This document shows positions 1 through 9,916 of a DNA stretch of 64,000 nt, in pieces. A model generated the notes under the pieces. That model was given only the letters and a program-made list of their open reading frames with translations. It was not told the DNA's origin and searched no databases. Numbering within the stretch: the first letter of the stretch is position 1; each line of letters opens with the position of its first letter. The position numbers were made by a program, and so were the translations under genes. The stretch is from an uncultured Acidobacteriota bacterium (lineage in GTDB: Bacteria > Acidobacteriota > B3-B38 > Guanabaribacteriales > CAZYAF01): contig CAZYAF010000011.1 in assembly GCA_964645975.1 (NCBI GenBank), positions 11,057 through 75,056 on the forward strand, in the 5' to 3' direction.

Positions 1-59
1 AATTAATTGCTTTTATATTTCAAAGTTACCAATTAAGCATAAATTTTGCCATCATTATA

Positions 60-105
60 ACAGAGAGGCCACGCCTCCCCTGTCCGATGCAGCTTTAGCT
101 GCTTA
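60..105. repeat. 46-bp REP-like composite repeat (copy 1; copy 2 at 22618-22663)
   Basis: acagagaggccacgcctcccctgtccgatgcagctttagctgctta differs from 22618-22663 by one base; ends in the hairpin gcagc-ttta-gctgc. Confidence 0.85.
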
Positions 106-180
106 GATATTACCACCCGTTATCAATTTTCTCATCAAAATATTAAGCATTGTATTTTAATAAGGAGACTATGTCTCCTT

Positions 181-340
181 CGGACAACCACAAGGGATTA
201 TCCCTACGTCACTTCGTTCCAAAGAAAGCGGCACAGCCGCCTGGTAATATGCGCATTTGCATATAAATTTATGTTCATGAGCTATAATGAAATGTTTTAG
301 ATATGATAAATTACAGAGAAGCCACGCCTCTCCTGTCCGC
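181..340. repeat. Cluster of GTAG-type REP-like palindromes
   Basis: 181-207 reads on the minus strand gtagggataatcccttgtggttgtccg; hairpin gcggcacagccgc at 228-240; ttacagagaagccacgcctctcctgtccgc at 311-340; the same modules recur at 19.8, 22.3-22.7 and 27.6-27.7 kb. Confidence 0.75.
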
Positions 341-436
341 ATGTGCCGGAGCCGCATTGTAACTTCCCCTTTCTGCAGGGTCTCCTAAATCATTCGATTT
401 AGGATAAAAAGTTAGCAAAACTTAAACCTGTTTGGT

Positions 437-465
437 TTGATTTTTGCTTGTGCTTATGCTACAAT
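437..465 (+). promoter_or_regulatory. sigma70-type promoter of the isocitrate dehydrogenase gene
   Basis: TTGATT-N17-TACAAT with TG extension; RBS AGGAGG before ATG 512. Confidence 0.55.
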
Positions 466-511
466 TTGAGGTTCGTTATCCACGACAATTTAATGTATAG
501 GAGGTCTTAAT

Positions 512-1714
512 ATGAGTAATGAGGCTATTGAAAACGCAAAAGCCCATTTTGAAAAGATTATCCGCGAGCAAATGGAGCGGATTGAGAGGATGAAAGCCGA
601 GCCGGATTGGATCGACTACGCCAAGACAAAGCCCATCATTATTGGGATCATTGGCGGTGATGGCATCGGACCTTTTATTGCAGAAGAGTCCGAGCGAATC
701 CTCAAGTACTTGCTAAAAGAAGAAGAGCAGAGCGGTAAGGTTGAGTTACGAACCATAGAGGGTCTTACCATTGAGAATCGAGCCAAGCATAGCAAGGCGG
801 TTCCTGATGATGTCCTGGAGGAGATTAAGAAGTGCCATGTTACGCTCAAAGGCCCCACCACTACCCCGCGAAAAGGCGATCCCTGGCCTAATATAGAGAG
901 TGCTAATGTAGCCATGCGCCGCTATCTCGACCTCTTTGCCAATGTTCGTCCGGTAAAAGTACCCAAAGAAGGGATTGACTGGATGTTCTTCCGAGAAAAT
1001 ACTGAGGGCGCTTATGTTTTGGGCAGCAGTGGAATCAATGTCAATGATGATATGGCCATTGACTTTAAAGTCATTACTACCCAGGGTACCGAGAGGATTG
1101 CCAGATTAGCCTTTGAGTACGCCAAAAAGAACAACATTAACAAGGTTACCATCGTAACCAAGGCTAATGTGGTAAAAACCACAGATGGTAAATTCCTGGA
1201 CATTGGCTACAAGATTGCCAAAGAATACCCCGGCATAGAGTGCGATGATTGGTATATTGATATTATGACAGCTAAGCTGGTAGACCCCAAGCGCCGCACC
1301 CAGTTCAGAGTTATGGTATTACCTAACCTCTATGGCGACATCCTCACTGACGAGGCCGCTGAATTCCAGGGTGGTGTGGGAACTGCTGGTAGTGCCAACA
1401 TTGGCAAACAATATGCTATGTTCGAAGCCATTCATGGTTCAGCTCCTCGCATGGTCCGAGAGGGAAGAGCCAAATATGCTGATCCCTGCAGCATGATCAG
1501 GGCAGGTGCCATGCTTATTTCCCATATCGGTTATCCAGATAGAGGAAAGAAACTGGAGATGGCTATGGATATCTGTGGTCAGTACGAGAAAAAGATGGTT
1601 GTCACCGGAAGAGATACTGGATGCACGGGTGCTGAAGTGGCAAATTACATAATGGAAACCCTGGAAGACCCCAAATTAGAAGAGCGCTGGAAAGCATATC
1701 AGGAGAGCGCTTAA
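512..1714 (+). CDS. icd: Isocitrate/isopropylmalate-family dehydrogenase, isocitrate type
   Basis: GDGIGP, KGPTTTP, SANVAMRRYLDLFANVRP (Ser/Asn isocitrate signature), PNLYGDILTD, FEAIHGSAP; clustered with mdh and fumarase. Confidence 0.8.
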   Translation: MSNEAIENAKAHFEKIIREQMERIERMKAEPDWIDYAKTKPIIIGIIGGDGIGPFIAEESERILKYLLKEEEQSGKVELRTIEGLTIENRAKHSKAVPDDVLEEIKKCHVTLKGPTTTPRKGDPWPNIESANVAMRRYLDLFANVRPVKVPKEGIDWMFFRENTEGAYVLGSSGINVNDDMAIDFKVITTQGTERIARLAFEYAKKNNINKVTIVTKANVVKTTDGKFLDIGYKIAKEYPGIECDDWYIDIMTAKLVDPKRRTQFRVMVLPNLYGDILTDEAAEFQGGVGTAGSANIGKQYAMFEAIHGSAPRMVREGRAKYADPCSMIRAGAMLISHIGYPDRGKKLEMAMDICGQYEKKMVVTGRDTGCTGAEVANYIMETLEDPKLEERWKAYQESA

Positions 1715-1761
1715 TACATAATTAAGCCTTTCCCATAATAATAAGGATAGAAGGATGTTAG

Positions 1762-1868
1762 CGAGGGGTAAATCTACCTTGACATTAATCTTGTTGTATG
1801 ATAAATTACACTGCTAAGAATATTTTCAGAAACATATCAATATCTGCCGAGGGGTTTATTCACCCTTG
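1762..1868. promoter_or_regulatory. sigma70 promoter flanked by two related imperfect palindromes (candidate operators)
   Basis: TTGACA(1779)-N17-TAAATT(1802) with TG extension; cgaggggtaaatctaccttg (1762-1781, overlapping the -35) and cgaggggtttattcacccttg (1848-1868). Confidence 0.5.
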
Positions 1869-1930
1869 CCTTATAAATATAACAATATATTATTATTATC
1901 AGAAGCCCTAATAAATTAAGGAGGCCTTTT

Positions 1931-3190
1931 ATGGGAAAGACATTAGCTGAAAAGATAATAGGGGCGCACGCTGGTAAAGAGGTAAAGGCTGGGGAGATAG
2001 TAGTTGCAAATGTAGATGTCTGTTTAGGTCAGGATGGTACCAGTCCTCTTGCTATAAGGCAACTGCAAAAGATAAACCTGGAAAAAGCAGCTCATCCAAA
2101 AAGGAGTGTGCTCTTTATCGATCACGCATCGCCTGCACCGCGCAAAGAGCTTGCAAATGACCATATGCTCATGAGGTCCTTTTGTGAGAAAACCGGCTGT
2201 CAGCTCTCGGATGTGGGCAGTGGTATTTGCCATCAGGTGATAAACGAATCGTACGTAAAACCCTGGGATATCCTCATTGGTGCCGATTCTCATACCTGTA
2301 CCGGTGGTGCTCTGGGAGCTTTTTCCACAGGTATGGGTTCTACCGATGTAGCCATAGGTATTGCCACGGGCAAAACCTGGCTGCGTGTACCCGAGACTTT
2401 CAAATTTGTGGTTAGTGGTAAATTCCAGAAGGGTGTCTTTTCTAAAGACCTCATTCTTCATATTATTGGCATGATCGGAGCTGATGGAGCTACTTATAAA
2501 TCCATGGAATTTCATGGTGAAACAATTGAGAATATGGAGATGCACGAGCGGCTAACGCTCAGCAATATGGCAGTAGAAGCAGGAGCTAAATGCGGCTTAA
2601 TATTCTGCGATGAAAGAACAAAAGCCTTTCTTAAAGCTCATGGAAGAGAGGGAGATTACAAGCCAATCTCAGCAGATGAAGATGCTGAATATGAGAAGGT
2701 TTATGAGATAGACGCCTCACAGATTGTTCCCACTATTTCTTTTCCTCATACTGTTGATAATACTCGAACGGTAGACCACAAAGATTGTAAGGATGTAAAA
2801 ATCGATCAGGTATACATTGGCACCTGTACAAATGGTAGATTAGAAGATATAAGGGTAGCATCTCAGATTCTGAAAGGGAAGAAGAAACATGCTAAAACCA
2901 GGCTTATAGTCATCCCGGCTTCGCGCAGAATCTATGAACAAGCAGCGGCTGAGGGATTGCTTAACACCTTAGTAGAGGCAGGAGCAGCAATTGATTCACC
3001 TGGATGTGGTCCATGCGTTGGAATTCACTTAGGAGTACTGGGTGATGGAGAAGCCTGTCTCTCTACCCAAAACAGAAACTTTAAAGGACGCATGGGTAAT
3101 CCTAATGGCTTTATTTATCTTTCTTCCCCGGCAACAGCAGCAGCTACCGCTTTAAAGGGGAAGATTGCCGATCCCAGAGAGGTGTTATGA
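1931..3190 (+). CDS. leuC: Aconitase-family hydratase large subunit (LeuC/HacA type); probable aconitase by context
   Basis: QDGT, IDH, GICHQV, GADSHTCT, GTCTNGR, SPGCGPCVG (three Fe-S Cys), STQNRNFKGRMG; the symbol denotes the family only. Confidence 0.85.
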   Translation: MGKTLAEKIIGAHAGKEVKAGEIVVANVDVCLGQDGTSPLAIRQLQKINLEKAAHPKRSVLFIDHASPAPRKELANDHMLMRSFCEKTGCQLSDVGSGICHQVINESYVKPWDILIGADSHTCTGGALGAFSTGMGSTDVAIGIATGKTWLRVPETFKFVVSGKFQKGVFSKDLILHIIGMIGADGATYKSMEFHGETIENMEMHERLTLSNMAVEAGAKCGLIFCDERTKAFLKAHGREGDYKPISADEDAEYEKVYEIDASQIVPTISFPHTVDNTRTVDHKDCKDVKIDQVYIGTCTNGRLEDIRVASQILKGKKKHAKTRLIVIPASRRIYEQAAAEGLLNTLVEAGAAIDSPGCGPCVGIHLGVLGDGEACLSTQNRNFKGRMGNPNGFIYLSSPATAAATALKGKIADPREVL

Positions 3191-3693
3191 TGGAGAAATT
3201 AAAGGGAAAAGCCTGGAAATTTGGTGATGACATTAGCACAGACCATATTGCACCGGGAAGGTTATTCCATCTGCGCTCCAATCTACCTGAGCTGGCCAAG
3301 CATGTACTGGAGGATGCTCGTGAAGAATTTGCCAGTCAGATGTCTAAAGGTGATTTTGTTGTTGGCCGTAATAATTTTGGTCTCGGTTCAAGCAGAGAAC
3401 ATGCACCCACCATCATTAAATTGGCCGGTGTTAGTGCTGTATTAGCCAAATCCTTTGCCCGTATATTCTTCCGCAATTCAATTAATGTGGGCTTACCAGT
3501 TATTATCTGTGATACTGATAAAATAGATGAGGGAGATGAATTGGAGGTTGATTTAAATGCAGGTAAGGTTTTTAATCGCACAAAAGGGATTGAGCTGTTC
3601 TTTCCTCCATTACCAAAGGTAATGACAAACATTCTGGCTGATGGTGGATTGGCTAATCATATAAAGAAGCATGGCAAAATGGTGCTCGATTAA
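3187..3693 (+). CDS. leuD: Aconitase-family hydratase small subunit (LeuD/HacB type)
   Basis: GDDISTDHIAP, NFGLGSSREHAP, SFARIFFRN; 4-bp overlap with the large subunit; loop reads FHLRS. Confidence 0.85.
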   Translation: MMEKLKGKAWKFGDDISTDHIAPGRLFHLRSNLPELAKHVLEDAREEFASQMSKGDFVVGRNNFGLGSSREHAPTIIKLAGVSAVLAKSFARIFFRNSINVGLPVIICDTDKIDEGDELEVDLNAGKVFNRTKGIELFFPPLPKVMTNILADGGLANHIKKHGKMVLD

Positions 3694-3804
3694 GATTAGC
3701 GTTCAGCTTCTTGCTTTTTGTTCAGATTGAGAGCATACAGCATAGAACATAAGTTAAGTATAGAGCAAAAATTGAAGAAACCTTTGCAATTGTGAGATTT
3801 TTAA

Positions 3805-4755
<951 letters not shown>

Positions 4756-4885
4756 ATTTATCTGGAAGGGCATAAAAGCCCTGCATTACTAAAATAATAA
4801 CCAAAGCAATGCTTTTATGCCCGTACCCCTTTTTTGGGAATATCAACATAGTGCATTAATAAATCATTTAATAAAAGGCAAAACT

Positions 4886-5728
4886 ATGAGAGAAATAAAT
4901 AGTGACACAATCGTGAAGGAAGTCAAAAGACTCTTCATCGAAGCAAATTATCATCTAAATGAGGAGATGATTAAAGCCTTTAAAGAGTCTAAAGAAACGG
5001 AGGAATCTCCTACCGGGAGAGATATTCTTGACCAGTTAATGGAAAATGCTGAAATAGCAAGGGAGGGGCAATTTCCACTTTGCCAGGATACTGGTTTTGC
5101 CGTCGTCTTCGTAGAATTAGGGTCGGATGTAATAATTAAAGGAGCTACACTCCCCGATGCTATTAATGAAGGCGTGAGACAAGCTTATAAGGATGGATAC
5201 TTACGCAAATCTATTTTGGGCGATCCGCTAATAAGAAAAAATACTGGAGATAATACACCTGCTATTATTCATATTGAAATCGTTCCTGGAGATAAACTCA
5301 AGATTAAAGCTCTTCCCAAAGGCGGTGGCAGCGAAAACATGAGTATGGTTAAAATGCTGAAACCAGCAGATGGTGCTGAGGGAATAAAAGAATTTGTATT
5401 ACAACGGGTGAAAGAGGCCGGCCCGAATCCTTGTCCTCCAATTGTTGTAGGAGTTGGCATAGGCGGTACCTTTGAGAAGGCGGCTATGATTGCTAAAAAG
5501 GCGTTATTGAGGCCCTTTGGTAGCCATAATTCGGAGCCTCACTTTGCCGAAATGGAGAAAGAGCTATTTGAGGAGATAAATAAAATAGGAATTGGTCCCC
5601 AGGGCCTGGGAGGTAGAACAACTGCTCTTGCAGTACACGTGGAAGCTCATCCTTGTCATATTGCCAGCCTCCCGGTTGCTATTAATATTGAGTGCCATGC
5701 TCACAGGCATAAGGAAGTAGTCATCTAA
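4886..5728 (+). CDS. fumA: Class I fumarate hydratase, alpha subunit (Fe-S)
   Basis: PLCQDTG, KGGGSEN, AGPNPCPP, GIGGT, GPQGLGG, HPCHIASLPV, CHAHRH; start moved from ORF-track 4817 to ATG 4886. Confidence 0.9.
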   Translation: MREINSDTIVKEVKRLFIEANYHLNEEMIKAFKESKETEESPTGRDILDQLMENAEIAREGQFPLCQDTGFAVVFVELGSDVIIKGATLPDAINEGVRQAYKDGYLRKSILGDPLIRKNTGDNTPAIIHIEIVPGDKLKIKALPKGGGSENMSMVKMLKPADGAEGIKEFVLQRVKEAGPNPCPPIVVGVGIGGTFEKAAMIAKKALLRPFGSHNSEPHFAEMEKELFEEINKIGIGPQGLGGRTTALAVHVEAHPCHIASLPVAINIECHAHRHKEVVI

Positions 5729-5784
5729 TCTCCTTATACCTCATATTATAAATTTTTTAAAAAGCAAATAAGAGGATATTAAAA

Positions 5785-6336
5785 ATGGCAGAAATAAAAC
5801 TTACTACCCCGATATCAAATGAGGATTTAGAAAAGCTTAAAGCGGGGGATAAAGTTCTTATAAGTGGTACTATTTTCACAGGAAGGGATGCAGCTCACAA
5901 AAAGCTTATCGAGCTATTAGATGCTGGAAAAGAGCTGCCCATTGATGTTAGAGGACAGGCTATATATTATGTTGGCCCCTCCCCAGCTCGACCGGGAAAA
6001 GCTGTGGGCTCTGCTGGACCCACTACAAGCTATCGTATGGATCCTTACACACCGAAACTTATAGCTCTTGGCTTAAAGGCTATGATTGGTAAAGGCTCTC
6101 GTTCTGCCGAAGTTATTGATGCTATGAAAAAGCACAAAGCAGTTTATTTAGCCGCGGTAGGTGGTGCAGCAGCCTTGATAGCGCGCAGCATAGAGAAGGC
6201 AGAAATAGTAGCTTATGAGGACTTGGGTTCAGAAGCAATTCGGAAGATGGAGGTGAAAGATTTCCCTGCTATAGTAGTTAACGATACTAAAGGCAATGAC
6301 CTTTATAAATTAGGAACAGATCAATATAAAAAATAG
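5785..6336 (+). CDS. fumB: Class I fumarate hydratase, beta subunit
   Basis: GRDAAHK, YYVGPSP, GPTTSYRMD, MIGKG, GGAAAL. Confidence 0.9.
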   Translation: MAEIKLTTPISNEDLEKLKAGDKVLISGTIFTGRDAAHKKLIELLDAGKELPIDVRGQAIYYVGPSPARPGKAVGSAGPTTSYRMDPYTPKLIALGLKAMIGKGSRSAEVIDAMKKHKAVYLAAVGGAAALIARSIEKAEIVAYEDLGSEAIRKMEVKDFPAIVVNDTKGNDLYKLGTDQYKK

Positions 6337-6467
6337 CTTCCAAATCAATAGTTTTATAGCTTCATTGCTTAATCCCCTAATTAACTATTTAAAAAAAGTC
6401 AGGGTGAAAGGAGCACTCCTTTCGAATATCATGTATCGATTTCGCTTTCAATAAAGAGGAGATAACA

Positions 6468-6893
6468 GTGGAGAGAACTCTTTGTATCATTAAACCTGAT
6501 GCCGTTGAAAGAAACTTAATTGGAAAAATTATATCGCGGCTTGAGGAGGAAGGATTTAACATAACGGGCATAAGAATGCTAAAAATGACAAAGGAGCAGG
6601 CAGAAGGATTCTATCAGGTACATGAGGGGAAGCCCTTTTTTTCGCCCCTCACCGATTATATGTCATCCGGACCATCAGTGATAATAGCTCTCGAAGCGGA
6701 TAATGCTATTGTAAAGCTTCGTAATTTAATGGGAGCTACGGACCCGGCAAAAGCTGAAGAGGGTACTATCAGAAAGGAGCTTGCGATCTCTTTACAAAAA
6801 AATTCAATTCACGGTTCCGATTCGCCACAAACAGCCACTGATGAAATAGCTTATTTCGAAAATATTTTAAGAGTAGAAGAAGATTTTAGATAA
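6468..6893 (+). CDS. ndk: Nucleoside diphosphate kinase
   Basis: [30 protein letters not shown]. Confidence 0.95.
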   Translation: MERTLCIIKPDAVERNLIGKIISRLEEEGFNITGIRMLKMTKEQAEGFYQVHEGKPFFSPLTDYMSSGPSVIIALEADNAIVKLRNLMGATDPAKAEEGTIRKELAISLQKNSIHGSDSPQTATDEIAYFENILRVEEDFR

Positions 6894-6926
6894 ATTAATT
6901 TTGTAATTATTTATAAGGTAAGAACT

Positions 6927-8054
6927 ATGCAGAATATCATAGATTTTTTAATGCAAAAAGGAGATGAAATAATAGATTTAACCCGTAAACTGGCAGAGAT
7001 GGAGTCTCCCAGTAATGATAAGCAGGCGGTAGATCGTTTTGCAGATTTTTTAGCTAAAGAATTGAGACCACTGGGAGCTAAAACGAAGATTATTGAGCAG
7101 AAAAAAGTAGGCAATTGTCTTAGGGCAGAATGGGAAGGAAATGAGGGGCAGCTTCTGCTGCTTTGCCATATGGACACGGTGTGGCCGATTGGAGAAGTAG
7201 CAAAGCGTCCTGTACGACGAGAAGGGGATAAATTGAATGGTCCTGGTGTTCTTGATATGAAAGCTAGTATTGCTATATTGATGAGTGCTTTTAAAGCTAT
7301 GAAAGAGATTGGACTAAAGCCAAAAAAGAGAGTGGTTGCACTGCTAAATTCAGATGAAGAGATAGGGAGTATTGCTTCAAGAAAACTCATAGAAGAAGAA
7401 GCAAGTTGCTCTCATGCTGTTCTTTGTCTGGAGCCGTCGATGTTAGGTGGTGCTCTCAAAACACAGCGAAAAGGTGTGGGAGTATTTCAAATTAAAATAA
7501 AGGGAAAAGCGGCGCATGCTGGCTCCGGACATCAAAAAGGTATAAGTGCTATTGAAGAAATGGCACAGCAGATTATAGCTATTCATAAGTTAACGGATTA
7601 TGAGAAAGGCGTAACTCTTAATGTGGGAGTAGTTAAGGGTGGTTCCCGTTCTAATGTCATAGCTGAAGAAGCAGAGGCTGAGATCGATTTGCGCTTTTTA
7701 AATATGCAAGATGGACAGAAAGTTACAGATACTATCTTGAATCTAAAGCCTCAACTTCCCGGAGCTGAACTCAAGATAAACGGTGGTATCAATCGACCCC
7801 CTTTAAGCAAAACCCCTCAGAATCAAAAGCTCTATAAGAGAATAAAGGAAATAGGGAAATCAATGGGGCTCAACATCGAAGAAGGTCTCTCAGGAGGTGG
7901 GAGTGATGCCAGTTTTACCTCTGCTCTGGGCATTGCGACTATTGATGGATTAGGGGCCGATGGTGATGGTTGTCATGCCCTGGAAGAATATGCTGTCACA
8001 AGCAGTTTACCACAGAAAGCAGCTCTTTTAGCCGCATTGCTAATAAATTTATAA
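6927..8054 (+). CDS. M20 metallopeptidase (carboxypeptidase G2-like)
   Basis: HMDTVW, GPGVLDMK, SDEEIGS, GKAAHAG, GGGSDA, GCHALEE. Confidence 0.85.
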   Translation: MQNIIDFLMQKGDEIIDLTRKLAEMESPSNDKQAVDRFADFLAKELRPLGAKTKIIEQKKVGNCLRAEWEGNEGQLLLLCHMDTVWPIGEVAKRPVRREGDKLNGPGVLDMKASIAILMSAFKAMKEIGLKPKKRVVALLNSDEEIGSIASRKLIEEEASCSHAVLCLEPSMLGGALKTQRKGVGVFQIKIKGKAAHAGSGHQKGISAIEEMAQQIIAIHKLTDYEKGVTLNVGVVKGGSRSNVIAEEAEAEIDLRFLNMQDGQKVTDTILNLKPQLPGAELKINGGINRPPLSKTPQNQKLYKRIKEIGKSMGLNIEEGLSGGGSDASFTSALGIATIDGLGADGDGCHALEEYAVTSSLPQKAALLAALLINL

Positions 8055-8174
8055 GACCAGAAAAAAGCTTGCCCGTTTCGTTTCTACAATGTTGCTCAGT
8101 TTTGCAGCAAAGAAGTATTTTTATATCCTGAAAGACAAGCTTATAATAGTATCCTATGTATTAATAAAGAGCTA

Positions 8175-8615
8175 TTATTTAACCAGAGCGCCAATAATCA
8201 GACCCCCAATTAGATATAGGATGAGCCCTTCTACCATCCACGTAATGTTAAACATATCTGAAATATCCATCAGGATATACAGACTAAGAAATCTCGGTAT
8301 GCTAGCAACTAAAAAAAGTATAAAATCATAAAAAAGCCCTTTGGCGACACCGCTTTTACCTTTAAGGCCTTCCCTAATCAAAGCATAGACTAAGACAACC
8401 AATATTTCTACGATAAGCGAAAAGACCAAAGAACTTTTAATAAAAGAAGGTAGTATTGGTCTTTCAACGGGCATCGTGAGTTTGCACTAGACTTCATAAT
8501 ATGTGAAGTCATGATAGTCGCTCCACATGAAAAAAGCACCCAGGCTGTGGATTACCTGGCCAACAATAGCGAAAAGGATGCCAGCTACTAAAATTTTCCA
8601 GAATGAGACTTTCAT
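8175..8615 (-). pseudogene. Small multi-TM membrane protein gene interrupted by an in-frame TAG (8487-8489)
   Basis: GGGAGGGA RBS and ATG at 8615; frame reads MKVSFWKILVAGILFAIVGQVIHSLGAFF...YYEV*CKLTMPVERP and continues in frame into ORF 8175-8474. Confidence 0.7.
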
Positions 8616-8835
8616 TTGGAATTCCCTCCCGGTTAAATTAGTCAGGTAATTATTAAATCACGCTTGCCCTGTTTCATTTTTATTATAATTTAATTTATAC
8701 ATAAGGTAATTAAAAAAGTAAAGAAATGATTAGATGCAGCATTTTATCATGGAAGCTCAAATAATATAAAAAAATTTCTCCCTTTAGTATATATGTATAA
8801 GGTATGTGATATCAGGAATACTCGACTATGCTCGT

Positions 8836-8864
8836 TTGCTTTTTTACTAAAAAGGAACTATAAT
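8836..8864 (+). promoter_or_regulatory. sigma70 promoter of the hyp operon
   Basis: TTGCTT-N17-TATAAT about 50 nt before hypA. Confidence 0.55.
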
Positions 8865-8913
8865 TGAAATGGAAAAAATAGTAACTATTACTATTTAAAA
8901 GGGTAAAAATAAC

Positions 8914-9270
8914 GTGCATGAGATGTCTATCGCCAGTAACCTGAAGGAGATAATCGAAGAAGCTCTTCAAGGTCGATCAGTAAATAAAATATTGTCCTTC
9001 AAGCTCAGAATTGGTGAACTAAGAGCAGTGGAGCCAGAGGCTTTGCGCTTTTGTTTTGAGGTTTTGAGCAAAGGAACTCCTTTAGAAGAAACCATCATGA
9101 TAATAGAGGACGTTCCTGCAAAAGCGCTTTGCAATAAATGCAGAAAAGAATTTTTAATAAAAGACCTCACGTTTTTCTGTCCCCATTGTGGTTCAGCTGA
9201 AATTGAACCACTTTCGGGAAATGAGCTCGATCTTGTTTCCATTGAGGTAGATGAAGATGAAAGAAATTAA
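8914..9270 (+). CDS. hypA: Hydrogenase maturation nickel metallochaperone HypA
   Basis: N-terminal MHE; CNKC...CPHC zinc site; GNEL. Confidence 0.93.
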   Translation: MHEMSIASNLKEIIEEALQGRSVNKILSFKLRIGELRAVEPEALRFCFEVLSKGTPLEETIMIIEDVPAKALCNKCRKEFLIKDLTFFCPHCGSAEIEPLSGNELDLVSIEVDEDERN

Positions 9271-9916
9271 AGTTAACAAAAATCTCTTAAGTGCCAACGA
9301 TCAAATAGCAGCCGAGATAAGAGAAAAATTTCGCACTCATAATATTTTTAGCATTAATATGATGAGCTCCCCCGGCTCAGGTAAAACTACTCTCATAGAG
9401 CGGACATTAGAAAATCTTAAGAATTCCTTATCAATTGGTGTAATTGTTGGAGATGTTCAGACAGAGCGGGATGCTCAAAGAATAGCTCGTTTTCAAATCC
9501 CGGTAAAACAGATTGTTACCAGGGGAAGCTGTCATTTAAATGCGCAGATGGTAAAGGATGCCCTTCCCCATTTTACTATCGAAGACCTTGATTTTATGAT
9601 AATCGAGAATGTAGGTAATCTGGTCTGTCCCTCTAATTATGATCTGGGCGAGGATTTAAAAGTCACCTTCATCAGCGTTACCGAGGGAGATGATAAGCCC
9701 CTTAAATATCCTGCCATGTTTCGCGTTTCCAGTGTGTTTATTATAAATAAGTTAGATCTGCTTCCTTATACTGATTTCGATATGGAACAGTGTAAGAAGT
9801 ATGCCCTGAGCATTAATCCAAAGCTCACCATATTTACCACCTCCTGCATTTCAGGAGAGGGATTGGATGCGTGGTACCAATGGCTTCAGAAGGAGATCCA
9901 GCGGAGAAAGAAGTGA
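9251..9916 (+). CDS. hypB: Hydrogenase nickel incorporation GTPase HypB (short form)
   Basis: SSPGSGKTT, GSCHLNA, IENVGNLVCP, EGDDKPLKYP, NKLDL. Confidence 0.95.
   Translation: MKMKEIKVNKNLLSANDQIAAEIREKFRTHNIFSINMMSSPGSGKTTLIERTLENLKNSLSIGVIVGDVQTERDAQRIARFQIPVKQIVTRGSCHLNAQMVKDALPHFTIEDLDFMIIENVGNLVCPSNYDLGEDLKVTFISVTEGDDKPLKYPAMFRVSSVFIINKLDLLPYTDFDMEQCKKYALSINPKLTIFTTSCISGEGLDAWYQWLQKEIQRRKK

Noticed and set aside
169-357. 62-aa minus-strand ORF
   Set aside because: Runs through REP palindromes with no RBS or motif; likewise ORFs 19619-19899 and 22493-22684 are artefacts of repeat DNA.
1931-3693. Leucine biosynthesis operon
   Set aside because: No leuA or leuB-type (Glu/Leu signature) gene is adjacent; context and loop residue favour a tricarboxylate substrate. 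Not fully excluded.
8487-8489. Pyrrolysine readthrough
   Set aside because: The protein is not a methylamine methyltransferase, no pyl genes are visible, and a simple TGG-to-TAG change explains it.
8800-8825. NikR operator upstream of hypA
   Set aside because: gtatgtgatatcaggaatac is only loosely palindromic and does not fit GTATGA-N16-TCATAC spacing.
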